DNA of 64,000 nucleotides, from NCBI GenBank assembly GCA_049890295.1, contig JBMHBP010000004.1, positions 78,851 to 142,850 on the forward strand, read 5' to 3'. This document shows positions 29,311 through 38,322 of this stretch, piece after piece; the stretch's first letter is position 1; every line of letters starts with the position of its first letter. A model generated the notes under the pieces. The model did no database searches and was not told where the DNA came from. It saw only the letters and a list, made by a program, of their open reading frames with translations. The position numbers and the translations under genes are program-made. The stretch comes from Flavobacteriales bacterium (GTDB lineage: Bacteria > Bacteroidota > Bacteroidia > Flavobacteriales > UBA7312).

Positions 29311-30310
29311 TTTGTTCTTTCAAAAACCACTTTCCATAGTTTGATACACTTTGTCTTATAGGTATAAAAGAGTAAGATAAATGATTTCTTACTTTCTCAT
29401 TAGAATATTTATTGGTAATCATTGCTTTATTAGCTGTTTCTTTAGTTATCAACGGTTTTTTAGCCGTTACAACTGATTTTAGCCATTCAAGTCGCCAAGC
29501 AACTTCTTTAAGTAATGGGGTTACTTTTACAGACGGTTTTGGACGATTGAGCTCTTCAGCTATCCACTCAAAAACAGTTTTATATTTTAGGTTTTCAGCA
29601 TTTATAATAAAACGTTCATTAATAATATCACTCTCTAATAACTGAACACTTATTTCTGCAACATCCAAGACATCCACATAGCCTGTTCCCCCAGACGAAT
29701 AATACTTTAGACCTTGCCAAACTTTCTGAAACATTTGTGAGCTCCCTTTGTTCCAATCGCCTGGCCCTAGAACAATAGACGGATTAACAATAACCGCATT
29801 TAAACCCTCAGCAATTCCACGCCACACTTCTTGTTCTGATAGGTATTTGCTTCTAGAGTAAATAGTGTTGGTCTTATCTTCTTTCCAGTTACACTCTTCG
29901 TTTTTTATAGATAATGTCGGGTCATTTCCTAAAGCAGCTACTGAACTAATGTGTAATAGTTTAGAAATATTAAGCTTTGAACAGCAGTTAACTATGTTGG
30001 CAGTACCATTTATATTTTGAGCTAACATTTGCTGAGCATCTTTGGCTGAAAAAGAAACTATTGCGGCACAATGGATTACCTTTTGGCACCCCTCTATAGC
30101 TTCATCTAATGATAAAAAATCAAGAATATCGCCATTGACCCACTCAATACTTTTTAAAAGTTCGTTTTGTTGATAATGAGAAAATGTTGATTGAACAATT
30201 TTCATTGAGCTATTTTTTCTCTTCAAAGCTCTAACACTATGGCCATTTTGTAGTAATTTAAGGAGAATATGACTGCCTATTAAACCAGTTCCGCCAGTAA
30301 CAAATATCAT
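29303..30310 (-). CDS. NAD-dependent epimerase/dehydratase (extended SDR)
   Basis: VTGGTGLIG, HCAA, HISSVAA, YSRSK (YxxxK). Start moved to ATG 30310. Confidence 0.92.
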   Translation of the reverse strand: MIFVTGGTGLIGSHILLKLLQNGHSVRALKRKNSSMKIVQSTFSHYQQNELLKSIEWVNGDILDFLSLDEAIEGCQKVIHCAAIVSFSAKDAQQMLAQNINGTANIVNCCSKLNISKLLHISSVAALGNDPTLSIKNEECNWKEDKTNTIYSRSKYLSEQEVWRGIAEGLNAVIVNPSIVLGPGDWNKGSSQMFQKVWQGLKYYSSGGTGYVDVLDVAEISVQLLESDIINERFIINAENLKYKTVFEWIAEELNRPKPSVKVTPLLKEVAWRLEWLKSVVTAKKPLITKETANKAMITNKYSNEKVRNHLSYSFIPIRQSVSNYGKWFLKEQTT

Positions 30311-30387
30311 ATTACAAAGGTAGGTAAAAAAATAGCCCTTAATTCCCACATTATTTATATTTGTCAAACTAAAAATAAACCTAACGA

Positions 30388-31656
30388 ATGAATTTTGTAA
30401 AAGAACTACAATGGAGAGGCATGATACACGATATTATGCCTGGAACAGAAGAGCAATTTGAAAAAGAATTAACTACTGCTTATATAGGTTTTGACCCTAC
30501 TGCTGATTCCTTACACATTGGTTCATTGGTTCAAATCATGATTTTAGTCCACCTACAACGATGTGGACACAAGCCTATTGCACTGATGGGAGGTGCCACC
30601 GGAATGGTGGGTGACCCTTCTGGTAAATCTAAAGAAAGAAATATGCTTTCTGAGGAAGTACTACAACATAATTTACAATGTGTGCAAAAACAAATGACAA
30701 AATTTTTAGATTTTGACTGTGGTGAAACGTCTGCCGAAATACTAAATAATTATGACTGGTTTAAAGACTTTTCATTTTTAGACTTTATTAGAGAAGTTGG
30801 TAAATATATTTCTATAAATTATATGATGGCTAAAGACTCAGTGAAGTCACGATTGGAAAGTGGCATGAGTTTCACAGAGTTTAGCTATCAGCTGGTACAA
30901 GGCTATGATTTTTATTGGTTATTTTCTAACAAAAACTGTAAAGTACAGTTAGGCGGTTCTGATCAGTGGGGGAATATAACTACTGGAACAGAATTTATTC
31001 GACGTAAAGAAGGGGGTGAAGCTTTTGCAGTTACTACTCCTCTTATTAAGAAAGCCGATGGTGGTAAGTTTGGAAAAACAGAAGATGGTAATGTATGGTT
31101 AGATAAAGACCTGACTTCACCCTATAAGTTTTATCAATTTTGGTTAAACTCATCTGATGATGATGTGAAAAATTATATACGTATTTTTACATTACTCAGC
31201 CAAGAGGATATTGAACAAATAGAACAAGAACATGAACAAGCACCTCATTTGAGACTATTACAAAAAACACTAGCAAAAGATATTACCACTCGAGTACATT
31301 CTAAAGAAGATTATGAGTCTGCACTAAAAGCATCAAATATTTTATTCGGCAAATCTACTTCAGAAGATCTTTTGTCTTTAGATGAGGAAACATTCCTATC
31401 AGTATTTGAAGGAGTACCACAATTTAGAGTTACTCAAAGTGATTTAGATTCTGATATTTTAAGTTTTGTTGCTGAAAAGACTCATGTTTTTTCCTCAAAA
31501 GGTGAGGCTAGACGAATGATTCAGAGTAATGCTGTAAGTATTAACAAAGAAAAAATAGGATTAGAGGCAACACTTTCTATTTCAAACCTAATTGCTGACA
31601 AATACCTTTTAGTACAAAAAGGAAAGAAGAACTATTTTCTAATTATTGTAGATTAA
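30388..31656 (+). CDS. tyrS: Tyrosine--tRNA ligase
   Basis: [28 protein letters not shown]-terminal S4 domain; -7 element TATATTTG at 30356-30363. Confidence 0.98.
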   Translation: MNFVKELQWRGMIHDIMPGTEEQFEKELTTAYIGFDPTADSLHIGSLVQIMILVHLQRCGHKPIALMGGATGMVGDPSGKSKERNMLSEEVLQHNLQCVQKQMTKFLDFDCGETSAEILNNYDWFKDFSFLDFIREVGKYISINYMMAKDSVKSRLESGMSFTEFSYQLVQGYDFYWLFSNKNCKVQLGGSDQWGNITTGTEFIRRKEGGEAFAVTTPLIKKADGGKFGKTEDGNVWLDKDLTSPYKFYQFWLNSSDDDVKNYIRIFTLLSQEDIEQIEQEHEQAPHLRLLQKTLAKDITTRVHSKEDYESALKASNILFGKSTSEDLLSLDEETFLSVFEGVPQFRVTQSDLDSDILSFVAEKTHVFSSKGEARRMIQSNAVSINKEKIGLEATLSISNLIADKYLLVQKGKKNYFLIIVD

Positions 31657-32066
31657 GGAAGTGAAGAATGGTGAAGATTTATTTTTAACTCACCATTTTC
31701 TAAAACATAGCCAAAACTGTATTCAACTTTGGTATCTTCACCATTGTTATCCGTAAAAAAGTAGTGACCAACGGCAAATGCTTGCTTTTCACCGACAGTG
31801 ACCTTGACGTTTTCAAATCTAACATTTGTCCAAGGCTTGAGAGCAAAACCATTGTCCTCGGCTATATTACCGCCCACAAAATAAGAAATGATATCCCTAT
31901 GATTGGTTCTGAATGCTTCAATCTTTGCCATTGTAGGTTTCATCATTACTTCATTGGAGTAATGTTCTGTTACAAAATCAGAGGCAGAAATTGCTTCTTT
32001 GCCAATCATTACTACTCCATTACCCCATGATTGTTGGGCATCTAAAACTTGTTGTTCGTTTATCAT
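31653..32066 (-). CDS. COG4337-type (iota-class, NTF2-like) carbonic anhydrase homolog
   Basis: AQ..WG.G.V.IG, KPT.A, SYFVGG, ED.GFALKPW..VRFEN, G.YFFT, KVEY.FGY, terminal LHHSSLP. Confidence 0.8.
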   Translation of the reverse strand: MINEQQVLDAQQSWGNGVVMIGKEAISASDFVTEHYSNEVMMKPTMAKIEAFRTNHRDIISYFVGGNIAEDNGFALKPWTNVRFENVKVTVGEKQAFAVGHYFFTDNNGEDTKVEYSFGYVLENGELKINLHHSSLP

Positions 32067-32134
32067 GTCCGCAATTTATTATTTTATTAAAAACTGTACA
32101 AATTTGAATGTTTATTAGTGTTTAAAGGCTTTTA

Positions 32135-32167
32135 TGTTATGAAATTGTTAAATTTTTGTTATATTTG
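32135..32167 (+). promoter_or_regulatory. Three TGTTA repeats at 11-bp period overlapping a -7 element
   Basis: TGTTA at 32135, 32146 and 32157; TATATTTG at 32160-32167. Confidence 0.45.
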
Positions 32168-32190
32168 TGTATTAATTAAAATTTTGTGAT

Positions 32191-32550
32191 ATGAAAACTA
32201 TCTTATTAATAACAACAGTTGCTTTGCTCTCTTCTTGCACGTTAAGTGAAATGACTAGTCAGTCAAATTATAAAATCGCAGAGCTTTCAGATGATGAGTT
32301 AGCACGATTTGAAGCAAAAGGAAAAAGTCTATTCTACAATAACGAAAAAGTAGCGACCATTGGAAGTCTTGACTATGAATACTATGAAGGTAATTATATA
32401 ATGGAAGTAAGTATGATTCAACATTCAGCTATTTATAACGAAATGACTGAAAAAATTGCCTACTACATGTCATCCAATTACCCAGAAGCTAAAATAGAGG
32501 TAAAAGTAGAGCGAGAAGCTTACGATATGTATGGTTTAAATAACAAATAA
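32191..32550 (+). CDS. Hypothetical lipoprotein
   Basis: MKT plus hydrophobic stretch plus LSSC lipobox; no family recognised. Confidence 0.75.
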   Translation: MKTILLITTVALLSSCTLSEMTSQSNYKIAELSDDELARFEAKGKSLFYNNEKVATIGSLDYEYYEGNYIMEVSMIQHSAIYNEMTEKIAYYMSSNYPEAKIEVKVEREAYDMYGLNNK

Positions 32551-33045
32551 TTTTTCAAAACAGAAGTATACGTCCTTGTGTGGTTTAAGTTTTATATGAC
32601 CCAGCTGTTTGTAGCCCATGCGCTTGTAAAAGTCAATGGCTTTAGGGTTATTAATGTAGGTGTCTAGTCTCATTGAAGTACAACCACTTTTCTTTGCTAA
32701 TTGTTCTGCAAATAACATCATTTGCTTTCCTACTCCCTTGTGCCAAACACTTTCTTTAGCACAAAGTCGATGAACAACCATAAAATTATTGCTTTTATCC
32801 TCCCAATTGATGCTTAAATAACTTTGGTCTTGTATGCGGTCAATTTTTATTCCAGAGACAATCTCATTATTAAGATTGCCAACATAATAGTCACCAATTT
32901 CTAAGTCCTTTTGAATAACTTCTCTACTAGGGTAAGTGTCGTCCCATTGGTCAATACCTAAGGCTATCATTCCACAGACGCATGAGTTGTAAACAGCCAT
33001 AATATCATCCAAATCTTTAGCTACAGCTTGTCGTATAGAAATCAT
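32536..33045 (-). CDS. GNAT family N-acetyltransferase
   Basis: IRQA...D, QWDDTYP, VHRL...HKGVGK, RLDT...N..A..FY..MGY. Start 33045 overlaps the upstream stop (ATGA). Confidence 0.9.
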   Translation of the reverse strand: MISIRQAVAKDLDDIMAVYNSCVCGMIALGIDQWDDTYPSREVIQKDLEIGDYYVGNLNNEIVSGIKIDRIQDQSYLSINWEDKSNNFMVVHRLCAKESVWHKGVGKQMMLFAEQLAKKSGCTSMRLDTYINNPKAIDFYKRMGYKQLGHIKLKPHKDVYFCFEKLFVI

Positions 33046-34001
33046 TGTTCTAAAAGTAAGTTGCAACCCCTGATATCGGCTTGAGTAAATCGTCCTTTAA
33101 GTTCAAATCTGTTATCATCACGAGTTTGACCTAAATCTTCTGTAGCAATAAACGAACAGGAGTGTATATTTGCTAGGTCAATAATATTAATACCACCTGT
33201 TTTTCCATGAGGAAGAAGACTCAAAGGGTCTTGAGGTTCTCTAATAATAATTTTCATCCAAGGCGGAGTCTGAAAAATACCACCCCCATTTGAGTAGGCT
33301 TGAGAAAGTAATTCCGTCATTCCATATTCGGAATGTATATTTTCAATTTGAAAAGCTGTTTTTAATTCATGGTGCAGTTCTTGTTTGGTCATTTCAGCTC
33401 GTTTGCCTTTCATACCGCCTGTTTCCATGACTATTGTATCCTCTAATTTCTGTGGAAATTGTTCTGCCAGGTCAAGAAGTGCATAACTTACCCCAATAAG
33501 TAAGGTTTTTCGTTTAGTACTTTCATTCAAAACGGCATTAAGCTGATCTAGGTTGTGAAGATAAAAACCACTTTTTGGGTCTTGGCTATCTTTTATTAAA
33601 TGTTCACACATGTAGACTAAAGATGAACCTTCTCTTTCTAGATATGAAGGCAAGAGAGCCAATATACGGTAGTTGGCAGGATTGCCGTAAAATAGCTCAA
33701 AACCTTTTCTAAAGCTTTTGGTGTATAGATTAAGGTCTGCCACATGATGATGACTATTTTCTTGTCCTGTTGTCCCGCTACTTTTAAAAACTATTTCAGC
33801 AGATTTTTCATTAGCTAAAATAGTATGGCTTTTAAAAAATGAAATAGGTAAAAACGGTATAGATGCAATGGAAGTAACACTATCAACTGGCGTCTTCAAT
33901 AAATCTAGATAGTGTTTGTATATTTCACAGTTACTAGCTTGTAAACGAAATATTTTAAGGGCTATTTCCTCAAAGGACAGTTGAGTATCAAACACTTCCA
34001 T
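33042..34001 (-). CDS. LuxE-like acyl-protein synthetase (ANL superfamily)
   Basis: IPFLPI.FFK, FKSSGTTG, ETGGMKG, SEYGMTELLSQAY, FIATEDLG, GR...DIRGC. Confidence 0.85.
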   Translation of the reverse strand: MEVFDTQLSFEEIALKIFRLQASNCEIYKHYLDLLKTPVDSVTSIASIPFLPISFFKSHTILANEKSAEIVFKSSGTTGQENSHHHVADLNLYTKSFRKGFELFYGNPANYRILALLPSYLEREGSSLVYMCEHLIKDSQDPKSGFYLHNLDQLNAVLNESTKRKTLLIGVSYALLDLAEQFPQKLEDTIVMETGGMKGKRAEMTKQELHHELKTAFQIENIHSEYGMTELLSQAYSNGGGIFQTPPWMKIIIREPQDPLSLLPHGKTGGINIIDLANIHSCSFIATEDLGQTRDDNRFELKGRFTQADIRGCNLLLEQ

Positions 34002-34070
34002 ATTACAAAACTAAATAAAAAACAGCTCTATTAGCCTTGAATATTGAACATAAAGATTATTGTTCTGTAG

Positions 34071-35213
34071 TTAAAACCCTAATTTTCCAAAGAATTTAGA
34101 AAGACCTGCTAAAAATTCTCTTGGCATTTCTACTAACATAGAATTAAAACTTAATTGATCGTTAACACCTATGGCAATGGCAATAGATATAATCAATCCT
34201 ATTAGGGCATATGAAAAATCTTTAATAAGCAGTTTAAATGCTGTAGCTGTACTATTTTCTCCGGTATTTCGGATAGCCATAGCCACTTCTCTACCACCCA
34301 AGAGTCCAATAAACACCCATGTTGTACTCATTGGTACTTGAGAGTATAGTTTAAAGTAGAATAAGATAATACAGTAAATAAAATCGATGATAGTGGCAAA
34401 ACGAACATCGTTAACCACAGATTTTTCGGTAACAATTTTTTGAATTCTACCCCCCTTATAGTAGAGAAGTAGTCCCAACCCAATAAATACTACACCGGCA
34501 AAACCTAAAAACTGAATAAAACTCATGCTTCTAGGTAAGTAAACCGCTATGTTTGCGGCATCTTGCATAAGCCAAACCGACCATAGTGTGCCGCTAGTTA
34601 ACCATTGAGCGATTGTCCATCCAAACTTTGCTTTTCCAGTAAACACGCGTTTTGCCCATCTAGATATTAGCATAAATAAGCCAAAGCCAAAGAAGAAAGC
34701 CAATACATAACCACTCATACTTTTTGCTAATACTTGACCTACTGCGGCAGGAGCGGCAGCAAAGGAAGTTAGTAAAATGAAAGTAGTTGAAACTGGCATT
34801 CTAAGCCTAGTTAAAATGAGTAAAAAAACAGGAGCAGCTATTTGAAGGAAATGAAATTCTGTAGGGCTCTTCTCAAACCCCTTGGCCATGAGACGTCCAT
34901 GACTGACATCACCGTTGAAAGTAAACCACGAATAGCCTACCGTAAATAAAAAAATTCCGCCAATAAATATCCACAATACCCACCATTTTTTGTCTTGATT
35001 AGAGGCGATAAACGTTCCAATAGTTTGAATGCTATCGTTGGCAACAGCTGCATAAGCTGCAAAAATAAAACCAACCCACATACCAAGCTGCGGGTAAGGA
35101 GTAGCAAACATAGCAATCATGAATGCGACAACGATGAAGGTCAAAAAGTTTCGCTCATCTTTGTTAACGACTAACTGAGTTGTGCTTCGGAAGTTGGAAA
35201 ATAATTTTTTCAT
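34071..35213 (-). CDS. Polytopic membrane protein, divergent PiT/PHO4-like anion transporter
   Basis: About 10 TM segments with internally duplicated motifs (VANDSIQT / MQDAANI and MPVSTT / VPMSTT) resembling the PiT GAND..N and P.S.T signatures. Confidence 0.65.
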   Translation of the reverse strand: MKKLFSNFRSTTQLVVNKDERNFLTFIVVAFMIAMFATPYPQLGMWVGFIFAAYAAVANDSIQTIGTFIASNQDKKWWVLWIFIGGIFLFTVGYSWFTFNGDVSHGRLMAKGFEKSPTEFHFLQIAAPVFLLILTRLRMPVSTTFILLTSFAAAPAAVGQVLAKSMSGYVLAFFFGFGLFMLISRWAKRVFTGKAKFGWTIAQWLTSGTLWSVWLMQDAANIAVYLPRSMSFIQFLGFAGVVFIGLGLLLYYKGGRIQKIVTEKSVVNDVRFATIIDFIYCIILFYFKLYSQVPMSTTWVFIGLLGGREVAMAIRNTGENSTATAFKLLIKDFSYALIGLIISIAIAIGVNDQLSFNSMLVEMPREFLAGLSKFFGKLGF

Positions 35214-35224
35214 AAAACCAATAA

Positions 35225-35314
35225 CTAAAGTAGTGCCACAGTATAAACAGCAACCATTAAAATCACGTAGAGTAATTTGCTGATATCGACTTTTTTAGGG
35301 GTAGTTGGTTCCAT
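35225..35314 (-). CDS. Unannotated 29-aa single-TM peptide (MEPTTPKKVDISKLLYVILMVAVYTVALL)
   Basis: ATG 35314 to TAG 35225, A at -3 in an AT-rich context, C-terminal hydrophobic helix, ends 11 nt before the transporter ATG. Confidence 0.6.
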   Translation of the reverse strand: MEPTTPKKVDISKLLYVILMVAVYTVALL

Positions 35315-35400
35315 AATAAAAATGTGAAATTTATTTTTGCAAGTTAATTTAATTAGCCAATTTTAAAAAGCCTTTGAAAGTCAAAATAATATAAAGCAAT

Positions 35401-35423
35401 TGTTAATTAAATGTTAAATAACA
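35401..35423. promoter_or_regulatory. Putative OmpR/PhoB-type operator (Pho-box-like)
   Basis: TGTTAA at 35401 and 35412 (11-bp period), plus inverted TAACA at 35419-35423, between the transporter and the response regulator. Confidence 0.5.
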
Positions 35424-35538
35424 TTAAACTTAGTTCAGCTTACCATTTAAAATTTGAAATACAACTATTTCAACCAGTATAATTTTATTTGTATATGATC
35501 GCTTAAATTATACATATAAAATATTACATTTGTAAGTA

Positions 35539-36219
35539 ATGACTAATGCCTCAAAAATACTAATTGTTGATGACGAAAAGGATATTTTAGAGTTTTTATC
35601 CTATAATTTGAAAGCCGAAGGCTATGAGGTAATAGTGGCCGACAATGGTGTTCAGGCTATTGAATTGGCTCAATTACACCAGCCTGCTCTGATTATTCTC
35701 GATGTTCAAATGCCTAACATGGATGGAATTACAACATGTGAAAAAATTCGTGAAATCCCTTCCCTAAAAGATGTCATCATTACTTTTTTGACGGCTCGAT
35801 CAGAAGATTATTCGCAAATTGCAGGTTTTGAAGCAGGAGCTGATGATTACATTAATAAACCCATTCGTCCAAAAGTATTAGTCAGCCGGGTAAAAGCCCT
35901 GTTAAAACGCGGTGGCTACAGCCAGGATTCTGACTCTTCAATAAACTTAGGGGATATATTGGTTAATATTGAAAAGCATCAAACCTTTTACAAGGGTAGT
36001 GAAATTAATCTAGCAAAAAAGGAGTTCAAATTATTGAAACTTTTGATCTCTAAACCTGGAAAAGTATTTACTCGGGAAGAAATTCTTGAAAAAGTATGGG
36101 GAATGGATATTATTGTTGGAGATAGAACAATTGACGTTCATATCAGAAAGTTACGTGAAAAATTTGCCAATCATTACATCAAAACTATAAAAGGAGTAGG
36201 CTATAAATTTGAATACTAA
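35539..36219 (+). CDS. phoP: OmpR/PhoB-family response regulator (PhoP-like)
   Basis: VDDE, LDVQMP, FLTA, GADDY..KP, winged helix RTIDVHIRKLREK...IKT.KGVGY; -7 element TACATTTG at 35525-35532. Confidence 0.85.
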   Translation: MTNASKILIVDDEKDILEFLSYNLKAEGYEVIVADNGVQAIELAQLHQPALIILDVQMPNMDGITTCEKIREIPSLKDVIITFLTARSEDYSQIAGFEAGADDYINKPIRPKVLVSRVKALLKRGGYSQDSDSSINLGDILVNIEKHQTFYKGSEINLAKKEFKLLKLLISKPGKVFTREEILEKVWGMDIIVGDRTIDVHIRKLREKFANHYIKTIKGVGYKFEY

Positions 36220-37244
36220 TGCAACTATCTACGCCTCAGAAAACAGCCATAGTTATTTCATTTTTCATTTCATTGAGTGTTGCTGTGACACTCATTATAG
36301 CAAATTATTTTACTTGGACTAGTCTAAATGTCTCTCAAATTGTAATTTTTTTAGTTGTTTTAACATTCTTATCATACACTATTTCACTTTTCATTATTAG
36401 AGATTACCTCTACGATAAAATCAGATTGATTTATAAAACATTAAGTCGTCAGAAAGGTAGTAGTAATGAGGTTGAAACTGATCTTAACAAAGTAAATGAA
36501 GATATTGACCGTATGGTAGCTGAACGTCAGCGCGAAATTGATGACTTAAAAAATACTGAAACTTTTAGAAGGGAATTTATAGGTAACGTTTCTCACGAAC
36601 TTAAAACGCCGATTTTTAACATACAAGGCTATATTCATACTTTAATGGATGGAGCCATAAAAGACGATAATGTTAATATTAAATACCTAAAGCGAACGAG
36701 TAAAAGTGTGGATAGAATGATTAATATCGTTGATGATCTTGAAATAATATCAAAAATCGAATCTAACCGATTAGAATTAGAATTTTTAAGATGGAATATT
36801 GTTAGTCATGTTCAAGAGTTATTTGAGATTTTAGAGATCAAAGCTCAAAAAAGAGGGATAAACCTGAGTATTATTAATGAGTCCAGTTCAGGCTTTGTAG
36901 AAGCTGACAAGGATAAAATATCCCAAGTATTGGTCAATCTTATCGAAAATTCTATAAAGTATGGCAAAGAAAATGGTACAACTAAAGTACGGTTTTATGA
37001 AATGGGAGAAAATATGCTAGTTGAAATTGCTGATAACGGCAACGGAATTTCTGAAGAACACCTGCCGCGTTTGTTTGAACGGTTTTACAGAGTTGATAAA
37101 TCTAGATCTAGAGACGAAGGCGGTACAGGTTTAGGTCTTTCAATTGTCAAGCATATCATTGAAGCTCACCGTCAAACTATTAATGTAAGAAGTACAGAGA
37201 GTGTTGGTACTACCTTTTCATTCACTGTAAAAAGGAGCCAATAA
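36219..37244 (+). CDS. phoR: Sensor histidine kinase (PhoR-like, no periplasmic domain)
   Basis: Two adjacent TMs, EF.GNVSHELKTP, NL.ENS.KY, DNG.GI, FERFYRVDKSRSR..GGTGLGL. Confidence 0.85.
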   Translation: MQLSTPQKTAIVISFFISLSVAVTLIIANYFTWTSLNVSQIVIFLVVLTFLSYTISLFIIRDYLYDKIRLIYKTLSRQKGSSNEVETDLNKVNEDIDRMVAERQREIDDLKNTETFRREFIGNVSHELKTPIFNIQGYIHTLMDGAIKDDNVNIKYLKRTSKSVDRMINIVDDLEIISKIESNRLELEFLRWNIVSHVQELFEILEIKAQKRGINLSIINESSSGFVEADKDKISQVLVNLIENSIKYGKENGTTKVRFYEMGENMLVEIADNGNGISEEHLPRLFERFYRVDKSRSRDEGGTGLGLSIVKHIIEAHRQTINVRSTESVGTTFSFTVKRSQ

Positions 37245-38273
37245 GTCTTTCCAATTAACTTCTTCTTCTTGGCTAGTAAACCCGCTAAATATTCGAGATT
37301 TTTCAATTGCTATTGATAGGTCAAACTGATTTTGGTGCATGGCAAACGCAATTTTTTGGTCATAAAAGTATTTGCCTAAATACAGCTGTTCGGTTTGCCC
37401 TGGCGTAGGTACAAATACAGCTTTTTTATTTAGCTTAGCCAAGTCCATAATAGTTGAATAGCCCGAACGACTAATAACCAGATCAGCATTAACCATAGCC
37501 TGATTGAGCTCTTTAGCATTCAAATGACCGACAATTTTAAGGTTACCTATTTTTTTTACAGAATTGTCCTCCGTTTTACCTAATACCAATAAGGCTTTTT
37601 TCTTAGAATTTAATAATTGCTTTTTCAATAGATTTTCAAACATACTTCGTTGAGGTTCAGGACCAGATAATACAGCTAGTATGTCTAACGATTCTGTTTG
37701 TTCTATTACTTTAAAACGCGACAAGCCACCAATAAATTGACACGGTACTCGCGGTAATTCGGTTTTGGTAAGCTCTCCACTAAGTTGATGTTGACTAAAA
37801 TCTGGTATCCAACACGACTCATACCGTTCAATATATTTGTAATTCAAGCTTTGAATCCATTCGCTAAAAAAAGGCGACTGAATATGTAGCTGATGAGTTA
37901 TGAATATACAGGGTACTTTTTTAGAATATAGTCCATAGCGATTATCAGAAATAACCCCATCAATATTATAATCTGAAATAATTTGTTGCAATTGGCGGTT
38001 TTCCTTTCTTATACTTCTCCAAATTTTAATACTTTGAACGAGCATGCTAAGTGTCATATTGCTAGTTTTTGGATAGCGAATATCATAGCCTTCCAACTTG
38101 ATAAACTCGTGCTTTGGAAATTCATTCATCAACAATAGAAGTGGGCGACCACCAGCAGCAAATACGACTTCAAAACCATGAGCCTCCAATTGCCAAACAA
38201 TGGGTATACAACGGCTAGCATGACCCAGCCCCCAATCTAGCGGAGCTAATAGAATACGTTTTTTACTATTCAC
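37218..38273 (-). CDS. GT-B glycosyltransferase (GT28 C-terminal / MJ1255-like)
   Basis: PLDWGLGHASR, ISDNR, SRSGYSTIMD, PTPGQTEQ; GTG start. Confidence 0.85.
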   Translation of the reverse strand: MNSKKRILLAPLDWGLGHASRCIPIVWQLEAHGFEVVFAAGGRPLLLLMNEFPKHEFIKLEGYDIRYPKTSNMTLSMLVQSIKIWRSIRKENRQLQQIISDYNIDGVISDNRYGLYSKKVPCIFITHQLHIQSPFFSEWIQSLNYKYIERYESCWIPDFSQHQLSGELTKTELPRVPCQFIGGLSRFKVIEQTESLDILAVLSGPEPQRSMFENLLKKQLLNSKKKALLVLGKTEDNSVKKIGNLKIVGHLNAKELNQAMVNADLVISRSGYSTIMDLAKLNKKAVFVPTPGQTEQLYLGKYFYDQKIAFAMHQNQFDLSIAIEKSRIFSGFTSQEEEVNWKDLLAPFYSE

Positions 38274-38322
38274 TCTTCGAAAGTAGCTAAATTTTAGGCT
38301 ATTTTTGACAAAATTTTCAGTA

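Noticed and set aside
33042-34001. Bioluminescence (lux) locus
   Set aside because: No luxAB, luxC or luxD in the window; LuxE-like genes are widespread in non-luminous Bacteroidota.
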